Source of the DNA: Ylistrum balloti | Taxonomy: Eukaryota | Reading direction: 5' to 3' | Assembly (NCBI RefSeq): GCF_031769215.1 | Contig: NW_026782081.1 | Coordinates: 1,116,001-1,180,000, forward strand | Length of the DNA: 64,000 bases | Shown here: positions 50,928-64,000 of the stretch, piece by piece | Numbering within the stretch: the stretch's first letter is position 1 | How the letters are laid out: each line of letters starts with the position of its first letter | Made by a program: the position numbers and the translations under genes | Notes under the pieces: model-generated | What the model saw: the letters and a program-made list of their open reading frames with translations, nothing else | The model's database searches: none | What the model was told of the DNA's origin: nothing

Positions 50928-53900
50928 CTGTGGGCTTAATTAAAAAATATAGGCGGCGACTGCTGAAAAACCGAAGTGATCGAAAAATAGTCAAAATCTT
51001 GATGGGGAGGTGCACTTACCCCATACTTTAATAATTATTGTCAGTTTTATTTATCTAATTATTTCAAAAGAACGGCAAGTATATACGTATATTCTGAACC
51101 GTGCCACTGTTCGAATGAATTATATGCAGTTTTATGAATATGACGGACTGGTTTGATACATCGGTAACCTAGCCAGGTGTTGCATAGATATGACATGGAG
51201 ATGGCAGAAGGATTAAAACACTCAGTGATTTGATGTTTTAAAATAACGTTAGTTATACCGTTTTTGATCCTTTAATTTTGATGGTGATTATAATTCAGTT
51301 TCCTAAATCTCTTGAGCCTTTTATGGTTTATCTTTTTCGTATTGGCCGATATACATAAGTTAAGTAAACCCTTTGAACGACAACTATTATTGATTTAAAG
51401 ACAGTCTTTCCGAAGTCGCTTTGAAAATAGTTATGAAGATGTCTCGAGACTTTGGATTTTACTGCAGGTGCATGTAGTAGTAGTAGACATATAAAAATAG
51501 TAATCATATGTACGTTTCAAGTCCTTTTGCAATTATCGAAAACACGATCGGCTCATTTCCAATACACCATTATTGTAAAATCCGAAAGCAATGCTTCTCT
51601 TCCTACATTACTTGTCATTTACATTCATATTCCCATGAACAGCCAAGAATTTTTTATGCAGTGTTTCTCTGTAGTTATCTATTACCTCAATGAACAACAC
51701 AAGGGAGGTTCGTCACATCAAATCCAGAGCAATTAGGGTAAAGTTTCCTGTCCATGGATCGCTTCTCAGCTTCCTGACATGGCATCGCTATACTGCTTTA
51801 TAGGGGAGTTACCGTCAAACATTAAATAAAGGGGATGTTACAGATGTACATGGTTTTCACCATCGTAGACCATTTAAAGGAATTAACTATTGGAGGTTAT
51901 TAATGTAAAGTTGTGGGATCGCAAAATGTTACACGATGTGCGATGTGTTCATGATGTCTGCACGATGTGCACACGATAGGAAAATTGGACGAAATAAACT
52001 ATAGCACATTTGAAGGTACGTTGTGCGATTCTATCGTGATTGATATAAATTTATTTAAAATGACTGACAAATAAGTGTGGGATAGGGTTTATTGATTCTC
52101 TAAAGAATACACGAATAAGAATACAACTGAATATATTTCCTAATTAAGCCGTTACTATATTGGTTGGACACTTGTAGATATATCAGATACACACTGAATA
52201 GTTAGATACACTCGTGATTTTAAGTGTTTTGTTTACTATGAGCCACACGTAACCACCCTTAGTTCGCAGACACACATTATATATACAATAGATATGTTAA
52301 CATTGAATGAACGTCTCTTTCATTTAAATTTTCATACCGTCAGAAAACAAAAAAAATCAACATTTTATTTTCATTACTTCTGTACTACTCTCATATCTCA
52401 TTCATTTAGGAAAGAAAACATATATGCTTAGGTAATTCGTAAATGCTGTGTTTGTTACAAGGGCGACCAACCCGGTACTGATCCGGACCTGTGACGTATA
52501 TACGCGTATACAGGTAAACTTTCGTTGCCGGAGGCCCCGCTACTCGCTACTTTCTGAACTTTGCTGACCAGATTAATTAAAGCAGGTCAAGTGTTATTTC
52601 GAAAACTGTCGAATTAAAAATGACTTTTGTAATCACCGATAAATTTTAATGTTCACGTGAAGCTTTTATGTAATAACTTCATGAATTTCCGTTTATTTTT
52701 TACCACATCGCACATAATGTACTATCCTATCGCATAGTAGTGCGCACGATACTGTATCGTGCGTGTGTGATGTGCGCCCGAATGTTTTGGTGCGTTGTGC
52801 GTTGCTACATCTGTATCAGTTCATTTTGATGGATATGCCCGAAACGTATAAAATGTCACCAGAAAACCATGGCAGCTTTCTCAAATAAGACAAGATTTAA
52901 CCAATAAACTTGAAATGGTTTTGTTTTAAATTCAGGCGAGTATGAAGGTTCATGGATTTGCGTTTTTGCGAGGCTGATATTAAATGGGTGCAATTAGTAC
53001 CTGTTATTAAGTAACATGAAGGTCTGTGCTAATTGGTGTTCCAATTATCTCCTGACTCTGGATTGTTTTAACAACGGATTACTAAAAGAGACTGAAGAAC
53101 TTTGTGTGGGGTGTAATGATAAATTTATAAAGTTAATTAGCGGGTATCAAACGTTCGGCCCTTAACATCATTGACAAGTCCTTGAAGGACAAAACATCTG
53201 TATGGTGTAGTTTAATTGATTATTTGTCTCGGTTCTTTCTGATTTTAAATTTGTATTAAAAGGTGTTATTTACTTGTGAGTCTTGTACATTTTCTTCAGA
53301 ATCAAAATCTCATTTCTCTGAAGACTTTCCTACTAGTTTATATTTTTCTTGGATAGCTTGAAACAATTCTAAAGTGAATTTAGCTATCATCATATCCACT
53401 TAGAAATAAAATGACGTCCATTTTATGTTTAAAGGGATCTCCCCAACCCTTAGGGAATTCAATTGCGCCGCACTAAATGAAGATACCGTGTTTAATATTG
53501 TATAACATATTTTGTGTTTAATTGGCATGAAAATTCATTTTCATCATAAATTGTGCCTTTTATTAACCCATCCCGATTTCATATATCTATGCACTCTTAT
53601 TGTATTGTATCGCATTGTATTTGTTCTTAGGGTTTTCATAGACTGTATCGATCAATTTGAATTCATTCCAATCTGCATTCATACCAATCTAACGATGCTC
53701 AGGTAGACCTTCATGTTGGTACATGTTAACACATTCTTGTGCAGTTTCTCTGAATATATTGATATATGTTTGAATATAATCTTATTGATTTCAGCCGATC
53801 ACTATTAAAAATCGCTTATTTCGAAGACATTCCTTACTTATCATTTTAACGTGTTGAGGATTGTACAAAAGACAAGAGAAAACCGCCGTTACATACAAAT

Positions 53901-53940
53901 TTAGAGTAAGATTCATCAAGGCCAAACAATACATTAAACT

Positions 53941-53980
53941 GCATCATACAGATGTCTCGTCCTTCTATGACTCGTCAGTA
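53941..53980 (-). ncRNA. Degenerate minimal type I hammerhead ribozyme (copy 5)
   Basis: CUGACGA-GUC-AUAGAAG-GAC-GAGAC-AUCU-GUA-UGAUGC. CUGANGA is intact, GAAA is changed to GAGA, and the 5' strand of helix I is lost. Confidence 0.72.
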
Positions 53981-56487
53981 TAGGAAACATAAAGTAAAAT
54001 AAAAGTACAACAACAGTAATTGAATAATAATAATAGCGATGTCACTTATTCTAACTATATATAGATATATATTATTTAACACTGTCGGATAAAATTCCTG
54101 CTTTCTTTACTTCAAATCCCTTATTTAGTTTGATAATGAACAAAAAATGTTCTGTGTTCACACCCATACTCTCAATAACTATCGCACAGACCTTGTGCTG
54201 AGATTGACCTCGGAATTTAAACATCATCTTAAGATGGTTTTTCGCTCCTTCTGAAGAACCTTCGGCTTCCAACCGACCGAATGAATTATCGAGAGATCTA
54301 AAACTATTGTCCTCGATATATAGTTATTAACTTTGTTTTATTTTCTATCTATGTGACGTAACGTGATATTTTGTGTCTTTAAAAAGGTGCGGATTTACTT
54401 GTCTGCGCTGTATTATTTCATTGATAATGTTTTATACTAATAATACGCATGTAACGAACATTTGTTTGTTGGGATCCAGTGCCAATATTGGAGCATATTG
54501 CCGATATTTCTAGGTTCTGTATGTATATTGATTCAACTGAACTATTTCATTAACTTGGAGCTTTGTCATGTCATCTTTCACCGATATGATGGAAAGCGTT
54601 ACTCTTTATTCTAGTAATAATGTTACATTTTTTCACGCGCCAGCTAATTGTTGCAGTGTGTTTCCAGCGACATGCCGATAACAGTTGTTGCGTAATGAAC
54701 ACGTCTGATACCGATCTGGGGTTTAAGCTTTTCTCACGCCCGACAGTACGGCACTGCTCTGGTAAAAACTTCATCTGTTAATGGATCACATATCGTGTGA
54801 TGGATGTTTGTATTACTATTGAGTATTCCGTGATTTTTAATTTGCACACAGTAATAATGAAAGTGCATATTGTCAAATAAGTGTCATTTTTAACTCCGAA
54901 GGCTCTTACCTGAAACCACTTAAAACAATAGATAATTATTTGTATCTTTATTCTTAAAAGGAGGTCATTTGGTGTTATTGTATTCATATTGATTAATTCC
55001 AAAACCAAGTTTCACATCCGGCGTAGTTCAAAATTGCACTTCATCGAGAAAACCGTACTTAATACGAACGTTATGGTTTTTATGATCATCTAATGTGAGA
55101 TATTTGTTTAAAATGACTTTGATATCTGTCACATATCCATCCAATCACTCTGGAAATTCATTAGTTAATACCATATTTTCTGTATGTCCTGTATATGTAT
55201 ATTTTGAAGGATGGAATTCCGATGTTTTTTTGCCATTATATTCTAGGACATGGTTTTATCTTTCTGGTTTAAGTTTAAACGCTTTTGTAGTACTAAATTT
55301 TAAAATGCGTGCCTTTGAACAATATCATAAAGCCCATGTATCCATATAAAAACTAACAATGATAATGGTCCCAGGACTGATTCTTGGAGTACACCTGATG
55401 TTATATTTTATGAAAATAAGCATATGATAATAAATGGTCTTGCTGTGAGTGATGTTTTATAGTTCCACGATGATGTTATTCCGAGTGCCTTCCATTTCTT
55501 TGATCACTATATATATATTATAACACTAAATAGATAAATTAACATAATAAAACACAAATAATAATCTAGACTGGTGATCATTTTCGTGGATTTTAGATTA
55601 AAATGTGCCATATGACGAATCAAAAAAATATTTCTGTTATATGGGTAGAGATATAAAGTTAAGTAGAATAAAAGTCCGAATAATGATTTTTAAGAACATT
55701 ATACGTGACAGCCACATCCGTAGCTGTACAGGTTATGTGCACTCTCCGAAGTTATTTAATCATCCTGCAGTTGATCCTGAATATGACAACATTATAATTG
55801 ATTTAGGAGCTCATCAAGTAAAACAACCAATCATCAGAATTAAAAATTCTTGAATAATTAATATCACCTCGAACAGGAGATGATTAAGGCATGTGAATAT
55901 TGTAGTAGGAAGTGCCATATGGCTATAACACTACCATTTTCCAAGTGATAAAACAAGGAGGGTATAATACGTTTTAATTTAAGGCTGTCAACAACACATG
56001 AATTATTACAGCTGGTTTCGAAGTCTTTTTGAAATGTGTAAAAGAACCATGTTTTCATAATGGTACGATAGTTATATGTGTTTAATCGTGAGTTATTATA
56101 AGTTCAGTTTCAGTAAGCGTTCGGCTTTAATTGAGATTAAAACGTCGAATTTGTTTGAATTATTTATGTTTTCACCAATATTACAGAGTTTCGAATAGTC
56201 CCCCATCAGAAGGTTTTAAACAATACAGTAAAAATATGCTCTATTATCAGAGGTAACAAATCGCCTAAGCTTGACCACATTTCAAAACCGATCTTATACA
56301 AAGTGATAATGCTAGGTGACACGTAATCTTTAAACGTTCTATGTCTTTTCATAGACCTGATTAAATGAAAGTCAGTGATCATATGTGACACATTATCTTC
56401 CAGAAACGATTGTACATAAGACACAAACGTGAATAGCACATTTTGATAAGAATTAAGAGTTAGAAAAAGTAGAGCAAAACAAAAATT

Positions 56488-56530
56488 AACCATACAGCTG
56501 TTTCGTCCTTCTAGGACACGTCACTGATGC
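56488..56530 (-). ncRNA. Degenerate minimal type I hammerhead ribozyme (copy 6)
   Basis: GCAUCA-GUGACGU-GUCC-UAGAA-GGAC-GAAAC-AGCU-GUA-UGGUU. Helix II, GAAA, helix III and the triplet are perfect; there are two core substitutions. About 130 bp of upstream flank aligns with copy 4. Confidence 0.78.
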
Positions 56531-59500
56531 TAAGAGGTATATTTTGGAGCTTAGTAGGCGACTGGGGGAAATCCTAAATGTTCGAAAGAAATGTCAAAAT
56601 ATTTACGAGATGGTGCAGTAGCCCTTGATTTCAATAAATGATATAATTTTTATATTATTTGATATGAAAGCAGTATTTCACTGTCAAGGACATGTTTATG
56701 TGAACAAGTGAACAAAGTAGAAGGCGCTTACTATTCCGGAACACATAGTATTATTCTTCTTGTACCTTTTCAGGAGTATCCATGTAAATCTTATATTTGT
56801 TCATATTTTGCCCTAGTTTTATTGAATTGGAGTATGGATTTTGATTATGTTGACATGTTCGAACTGCCTTGTGTTTTTTTAGCAATCCGCTGTAGTGATA
56901 AAGTGTGATGTTATGATGACTGGTGGTAAATGCAATATTCGCCTTAGTTATTAATCTTAGAAATACAAGATGGAAAGTAGTCTGTGTGAAACCATAGCCG
57001 AATTGTTGTCATTTGCAGTCGGAAAAGTAATGGAACGTTTATAATTCTTGAAGAAAATGCACAGCTCGAACAAAATCAACTAAGCTGTAGATTTCGCTTC
57101 TGACATTCAAATAACATGATAATAGGTTTGAAATGAACGCACTTCTATTCTGTCTTCTTAAGCTGATTACCACGTTAAAGAGAACATTAGTTAGGAAACA
57201 ACTGTTTTGTTCAGAAGTCAATTTCATTTTGTCCATAAACTCCCTTTCACATGGTAATCAACAACTAAATATCACTAGAGCGCATTTAGCTGGAGACACT
57301 CGTATTGTTTTTGTCTTGACGGCCACGTTGACGGCAACATCAGACAGTTCCTTTCAGTTGCAACACCATTGTCGTTATCCAGCTAGCGGTCTTATCGACG
57401 AACAGGCAACAAACAACAATGCAATTCGACGTGCCGTAATATAATCTTATCGGAACGACTAAAAAAACTACCATAATGGTTCCAGCTCTTGCTCCGTCAT
57501 GACCACGTCACCGACATGGTGTAGCCAATTATTCGGTTCGCGTGATATGTTGTTGGCAGCGTCGACAACATCTTACTGTTATCGTAGTCTGAAAAGGCCG
57601 TATAAAAGAAACATTATATATCAATTGACCCAAGGAAGCGTTCAAACGAACACGACAATGGCCTAGGGAAGCCTTCAGACGAACCTAAACTCATAATTAC
57701 TGTGTTCCCAGAAAGAATGCTGGTATGCATTATATATATATATATATATATACGCACATATAAATATATTCATATTTTTTTCTCAGAAGCTATCATTTTA
57801 CCGAGTCTCCGACGGGTTTCCTCATATGAAATAGAAACTAATTATGTTATCACAAAATGAAGATATCTTTGTGAAAATTGAGATATTGGCGCGAAGTACC
57901 TCAGATACCAGGATACTTTTCTGATCAATTGTAGCACACTGACAAGAATTGGTATAAATATCAGCATGTTGATACGATATTTTGTGTGTATCATTTTTAC
58001 AGAACTAATTTTTTTACCAAGATCAAGCAAAACCTTCCCTGAATTCTTACTTGATATCGATTCCAGTAGAATGTGAATACTTTATTGAATACCAATTTAT
58101 TGGCCTGTTGTCAGAGTCTTTGTATAGACAGAATAAGAACATTATTAAGCAGCTGATATATTTTTGTATAAATTTAGCCTGAGTTGCGATCTCACTAGAC
58201 TAAAGCTCACTAGCTGGTTAATGGATAAATGGTGTAAAACACACGTAACATACATTTATATAGATGTAAAAAAAACCTGGACGATTCTCTAGCAAACAGT
58301 GCACACAACATTTACATGTAAAACTGCAACAACATTTCATCGTTTGTAATTAAAACTAGTGTTCTAAGGATCAAGTAAATGACCTTTGTACTTTTCCTAA
58401 CATGCAACTTTCATTTAGTATTGATACTGTGACAACCAGCTTCATGTAGATTAATTTACCTTTTTTCTAAGGTAAACAAAGTATTACATGTAGTAAACAT
58501 ACGATTGACATTGATTGTGAATAGCAAGTAGGAAATGTATACAGGGCTGGATACTTTCTTCTATAATGCAACCTAAGGAAAATACGTTTAATGTTCTCTA
58601 ACCAAACATTAGGTCCAGATGTGATTCTTAAAACATCATTTTACTATACGGCATGAAGCAGAAACATGTCTCACTCTGTCCAGAATGTACACAATACATA
58701 ATAATTCATCAGCTATCTTATATGGGACAGAAACGGACATTGTTACATTTCAACAATCTGCAATTTTTAATTGATGGGAAAATCGGAGTGAAATTAAATA
58801 TACCACATTGTCCTATTGCTGAAAACAGTGTCCTATTGCTGAAAATAGTGTTTATGACGAGAATATCCAAATCAGGTAAATGTGTTGTCTCGATTATATT
58901 GTCTTCTATATATTTTCTAGTAGATGCATGGTGGTTTTAAGCTGAAATTTAATATGGTAACTGATATCTGACACAATCTATAATGCCTTGAGTTAACTTC
59001 TTAAAAGACTCGATAATACCAAAAAAAAAAGTTTAAAATCTGTCGGTATGGATATTCGTATCTTACCGACACAGTTACATGGTAATGTGTTAGTTGGATC
59101 GAGAGATTTTTTTATTAGGAACTCTTAATATGTTGGTATTTGAAACCGCATTGGTATTGTGAAGTACAATAAATTCGAGAAATATACAAAATAAATAGAA
59201 TTTCCTCTAGTATATTTACTTATATTCATGGTTCACGATAGTGATGTTTTATAATCTTTTATTCATATGCAATTCAACATACGTCCCTTTGACGGGTTCA
59301 AGCCAACATAACTTTCGCAAGAATGTGCTTTGTTCGTGTGAGTGTTGGCGATTAGTAACGAGAACAGTTGACAAAGGCAATCCTTAATGTTCAAATGATT
59401 AATATCTCTTCTTTAAAGGCGAACCACTCCTTTACCTGATACTGTGGATCGTAAGCAACTCACATCTGCATGTTTTAGCGATCATGTGCGACGTGTCGTT

Positions 59501-59539
59501 AAAATTGGGTACAATTAAGATGTTTTGTCCTCTAAATTG

Positions 59540-60060
59540 CTTGCAAAACATTATTGGAAGTCATGCTAAAAATACCTAGTACTTCTTTCTCTTGAGTTCA
59601 TCTAGTTCAAATTTGGTACATATGATAAGCCAATTTGTTAGCTCTTCGTTGCAATATGTAGCATCATCTCTATTTTTATGTTTTCAAAATGTCTGGTGTC
59701 ACGTAAAATTGGTGAAATATGAGAGGCGTTAGCAGATGGAAGTTCCACAACCAACGATTCAGTGAAAATAAAATGGAAATGGGTGACGTAAACCGATACC
59801 TTTCTGTTGCAGTTTTACATATCTAATTATAGTAATATAGCAGTTATTTGATTATGTCTGATATGTCTTCCTCTTCCCCGTATTGATCTGATTTGTCATG
59901 ATACCTTCAAGTGCTAGCTATAACGTAAAATACTAGAAATATGTTTGGGCAAAGTATCTGGAGATATTTCTTGTAGATTGTGTACTAGCAATTTTACTTT
60001 CCCTACATGAAGGATATGAAGTAATGGTTCTATCATAACTTTGAGGACAATCAAATGAAT
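59540..60060 (-). mobile_element. Probable non-LTR (LINE) ORF2 3' remnant
   Basis: LKVMIEPLL (post-RT region) and TYCNEELTNWLIICTKFELDELKRKKY resemble the C-terminal Cys/His region of CR1/L2-type ORF2 (C..CN.E.GDE.HY.L.C..F...RKKY). Many stops. Confidence 0.4.
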
Positions 60061-60807
60061 AAGACCTTTGAAAGTTTTCGAAATCTGTACATAAATGAGG
60101 CTCATAGTCGTTAATGCCCAATGATGATGACACCTCACGTGTTACGTAGATCATGTCACTCTAATTTTGGTCGACACCTGACTATCACTTTTTAACTCTT
60201 TCATCCGCTACAGTTAGATATCGCATGCCATCTCAGGCGTCCTATAGCTCACTATGAGTATCTCCCTTTCGAAGTCGATGAGTGTCATGTTAACTGGAGT
60301 TGAAATGATTAGAGAAAACAGGGAAATATTCATTACATTTATTTATTCTGTCGATGGTTCGGGGAATGAAATAAAATGTAACGTCGTGCATATCATCAAA
60401 ACCGTCAAGTGGGGCTACTTCATCGGTCCTCTGATACAACGGTTCACCACCTTTCTGTATAGTGCAGCTTAATTCATTGTTTTGCTCTACTGTATATCGT
60501 CAAAATTTGTACTAAATTGTACAATTCATTTGTGTGTCTTTTGTACAATTTTCTTCTGTTTTATCATTGTGCTGTTAATTTTAACGATGGTTTGGGTGAG
60601 ATCTGATCAAGAATAGGTGAATCGCAACACAGTCAATAATTTGTTTGTCCGTAAACTGCGTCAATATTCTCATGCACTTGCTAATATATACATTCATTGA
60701 AGTGATTGATTTTTATATATATATCAAATTGAGGATTCTGAATATTTGTATAATATCTAAGACTGGTGCTCTTCATTCAATTTAGCCATTTAATCTTGTA
60801 CATTGTT

Positions 60808-61040
60808 AGGTCATTGCTTGTTCATCCTTTACTTTATCAAAGGATTCCGTTTCGCCTTCCTCCGATAGGTCATTGCTTGTTTAACCTGTACTTTATCAAA
60901 GGATTCCGTTTCGCCTTCCTCCGATAGGTCATTGCTTGTTCATCCTGTACTCTATCAAAGGATTCCGTTTCGCCTTCCTCCGATAGGTCATTGCTTGTTT
61001 AACCTGTACTCTATCAATTGGTTCCATTTTGTCATCCTCT
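60808..61040. repeat. 59-bp tandem repeat, about 3.9 copies
   Basis: ggtcattgcttgtt... starts at 60809, 60868, 60927 and 60986. Confidence 0.95.
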
Positions 61041-61733
61041 GTATACTTGATATTTACGTTTAGCTTACATGTATCGCCTAATGAGCTACACATTGTATTC
61101 TATTTTATTAATGTATCTTAACTATGATGGTAAAAGCAGATTATGAACTTCCATTTGTCTCATCCTAAACGCCCAAAAAACCGGTCCGAAAACAACTTAT
61201 GATAGACAGTGGTCATTTCCATGCACCGATCAAATGACATATACACGTAATTTCTGCGTTGTTTTCGTTTTATATCTGTTGAAAACAGTGTAGCAAATCT
61301 TTCAAAAACCTTAACCGAGAACCTTTACCAAAACAAGTCTTATAATTAATACATGTATCTTACTGACGAGACTTTAAACAAAATGAATATAGACATGAAA
61401 CTCGAGTTTGTCAACATATTCTCAATACCTTTGTATGAGACATGCAGTTACCTATCAATACCATGAGAAAATAGTTGCAGTGCTATTTGATAACTAATAT
61501 CTCATTTGTACAAGCTTCACTTTATTCAAACAGTACACAGATGATAAAAACAATCAATGGTGCGTACAACAATGTATACCATACGTGTATTGTTCAAACC
61601 TACAGACTCACAAATAATATTGAATATCGAACCTACAAGCTTCATGTTAACCTATTGATGGATAATTATGGTTGTATACTTAACAGATTGGCATTTGCTT
61701 TGACGATTTCGTAATTCTCATACATTATCTTAT

Positions 61734-61775
61734 CATCACGGACGAGTCCTAGAAAGACGAAACTGCAAAACGATA
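61734..61775 (+). ncRNA. Degenerate minimal type I hammerhead ribozyme (copy 7)
   Basis: CAUCA-CGGACGA-GUC-CUAGAAA-GAC-GAAAC-UGCA-AAA-CGAUA. It has a different palindromic loop (UGCA) and has lost the triplet. The downstream flank (ttctaaattt, gcacaatctt) matches the family. Confidence 0.68.
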
Positions 61776-64000
61776 AAGTAAAATCAATTTTGACTATTCT
61801 GTACCTAGTTCTAAATTTGTATCATTAGCACAATCTTTAACATGATATTTTCTATTACAAAATAGTAAAATCTTGTTTTCATAATTCGTAATGTTATAAC
61901 CTTTATTAAGAGCATAACAATTTCTCATCAATATAGATGCTTAATTGTTGAGATGAAACAGAATTAGTTTAAAGAAGTACATAAGTATTAGAAAAATAAG
62001 GTGACAGTCATATTGTTAAACTCATTATTTATTATGTAATGCACCTTGGGGTTATGAAAATTTGGTATTTATTTTCTAGTCTGAAAAGTAAAGTATATCT
62101 GATGTGCGACTAGTCGATGTCGCTTCCTGTTTTATTTATATTGTCGATCGGAGGTGCCGAGTTGTCCATGTTTGGCAGATCTTAAAAAAACTAGGATCGA
62201 CAAGAAATAATAATTTATATTTACATTTCTGTTGTGCAGTCTGTATTTCATCTTACCAACGAAAAAGATGTTTACGTTTCGATAAACGTCAAGTCTGGTT
62301 AGTAGGAAGCCGGACCGTTGTATACTTGCGGTATTAATTAGTGTTAACCCGCTATTGCTTGTGTTCTCATTTTTGGGTTTTGTGAATTTATTTTATATAA
62401 ACTGGCTGCGTATAACATTCAATGAATGATGACTATTACATTTTTCAAGTAGCGTAAATATTCAAAATAAAACTATGTCAAAATATAAATATAAGTAAAT
62501 TTTTTTTGTTTGTTTGTATTTTTTAAAGTTTTAAATATTAAACAAACCTGACCATATCAAGGATTAACTACAGTAAACAAAATCCTAATGAAAATGCCAG
62601 CTTTCATGATAGATATAATTTTAATGCATCGATTTCAATGCATAAAGTACGTTGACCTCCTATGTATCTTTTTCTATAGATATGATTGAAACTACTCGCA
62701 ACAGCATAAGATGTTTGCCTGGTTCAGCATACATGTATCAAGCATGACAGCTGGATGTGTTAAACAACACAACACATTAACTGCTGACATGTAAGGAAGA
62801 CAAACGAGGAACGACAGCCATCAAAGACCATAGAGATGATGAAGAAGATCGTGAATTGCCGGTAATGTTTTTTCCTAAATTCGTCTTCTATTCTTTTATA
62901 CTAATATCTCCGTGCATGTCCTGTTGTTGTCTCAGCTTATCCACTACCAACTAACATTAGATGAGTTACAATAAACAAATGATATTTATGTAAGTGCAAA
63001 TGTGAGCATGATTTTCTTAAGAAGTGAGGTACTGTTTTGTTGAAGATATGAAATTGTTTTAAGCCACGCTCTTTTTTTTTCTTTTTTTTTTTTTAAGTGA
63101 TATAGCTGATTAGACTGAATTATTTTATCGCTTTTTAGAGAAATTATCTGAACGTCAGGTCATATAAATAACTTTTATTGAATTTGATTTATTCTGGTAC
63201 CAAATTTTCTCTATACTTACGGATAATTTTTGTTCCTTGGGCGAAACAAACTTACTGAGGGGTAGTTCTCAAAATTCGATTCCATCATTTGTACTATGTC
63301 AAACGTTAAGTAACCTTTTACATTTAAGGATTTACAAAATGCTGCCCTGGACTGTTAATTATGTAACACCGGCCAGTTTTCAATTCCCTATTGAGAGTTC
63401 TACCACTCGTCACATTGTACTTATTCACGCAGTCGAGAGGCTAAATCTAGTCTTGAGAAGAATATCTTGTAAACATTTGTCATCTTTGGTTATATCATCA
63501 TTCGATGTCCGGATGAGAGCAGCAGTTTAACTTCTGGTATTATGTCTGAGCCAGCAGCTTATGATGTCACAGGATGTCTTGTCACCATTATATCAAAGGT
63601 AAAAATCGATCAGTTTGTCACAGCGAGAGAAGAAATGCTAAATGTATACTCACTATGAATGCCCAAAAGGGACCACGTATCAATCATATCAATGTTTTTT
63701 TTTTTTTGCTAAAAAGTCACGAAGAATATCAATTTTTTTAATTATTCCGATAAATTATTTTCGAAGACTCCCAAACCAATCAGCTCAATGCACATCACTA
63801 CAAGTAACGTCACGTAGATACGGATATCACCTTATCAGTGATCATAGCTTTGAAATCAAGTAAACGGTTGTCAAAAATACGGTCTTTCATTTGACATCAT
63901 TTCATTTTCAGGCATTAGTTTTTAGACAGAAATGTGTATAGCAATTTTCATCAAAAACTACGATTTTTCTAGCTGAAAAAAAAGAAAAATACGTTTCAAT

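Noticed and set aside
57430-57570. HVGDVVMTEQELE on the minus strand, resembling an astacin propeptide
   Set aside because: No HExxHxxGxxH exon was seen downstream; a single weak motif.
1-64000. CRISPR arrays, rRNA, intact tRNA genes, prokaryotic operons
   Set aside because: The tandem repeats have no unique spacers. Only tRNA-like SINE heads were seen (for example 7863-7915 and, more weakly, 13340-13400). The sequence is eukaryotic.

Overview
AT-rich eukaryotic genomic DNA with two assembly gaps. The gene and repeat content points to a mollusc, probably a bivalve (inference). Most short ORFs in the track are not genes. Supported content: (1) one apparently intact two-coding-exon secreted C1q-domain gene on the minus strand (signal peptide + coiled coil at 22763-22115, gC1q domain at 18819-18410, about 352 aa); (2) a heavily decayed, apparently intronless Toll-like-receptor pseudogene on the minus strand (about 31012-26945) with an internal 126-bp tandem expansion; (3) a degraded short-LTR Ty3/Gypsy element (43644-47206) that appears nested in the protease region of an older, different Gypsy element; (4) several Penelope-like element (PLE) reverse-transcriptase remnants and a probable LINE 3' remnant; (5) at least seven dispersed copies, on both strands, of a short repeat whose consensus is a complete minimal type I hammerhead ribozyme with a palindromic helix III, the most interesting signal here; (6) minisatellites of 15, 50, 59 and 126 bp and several microsatellites. 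All homology calls are by-eye translation and motif recall, not database searches.
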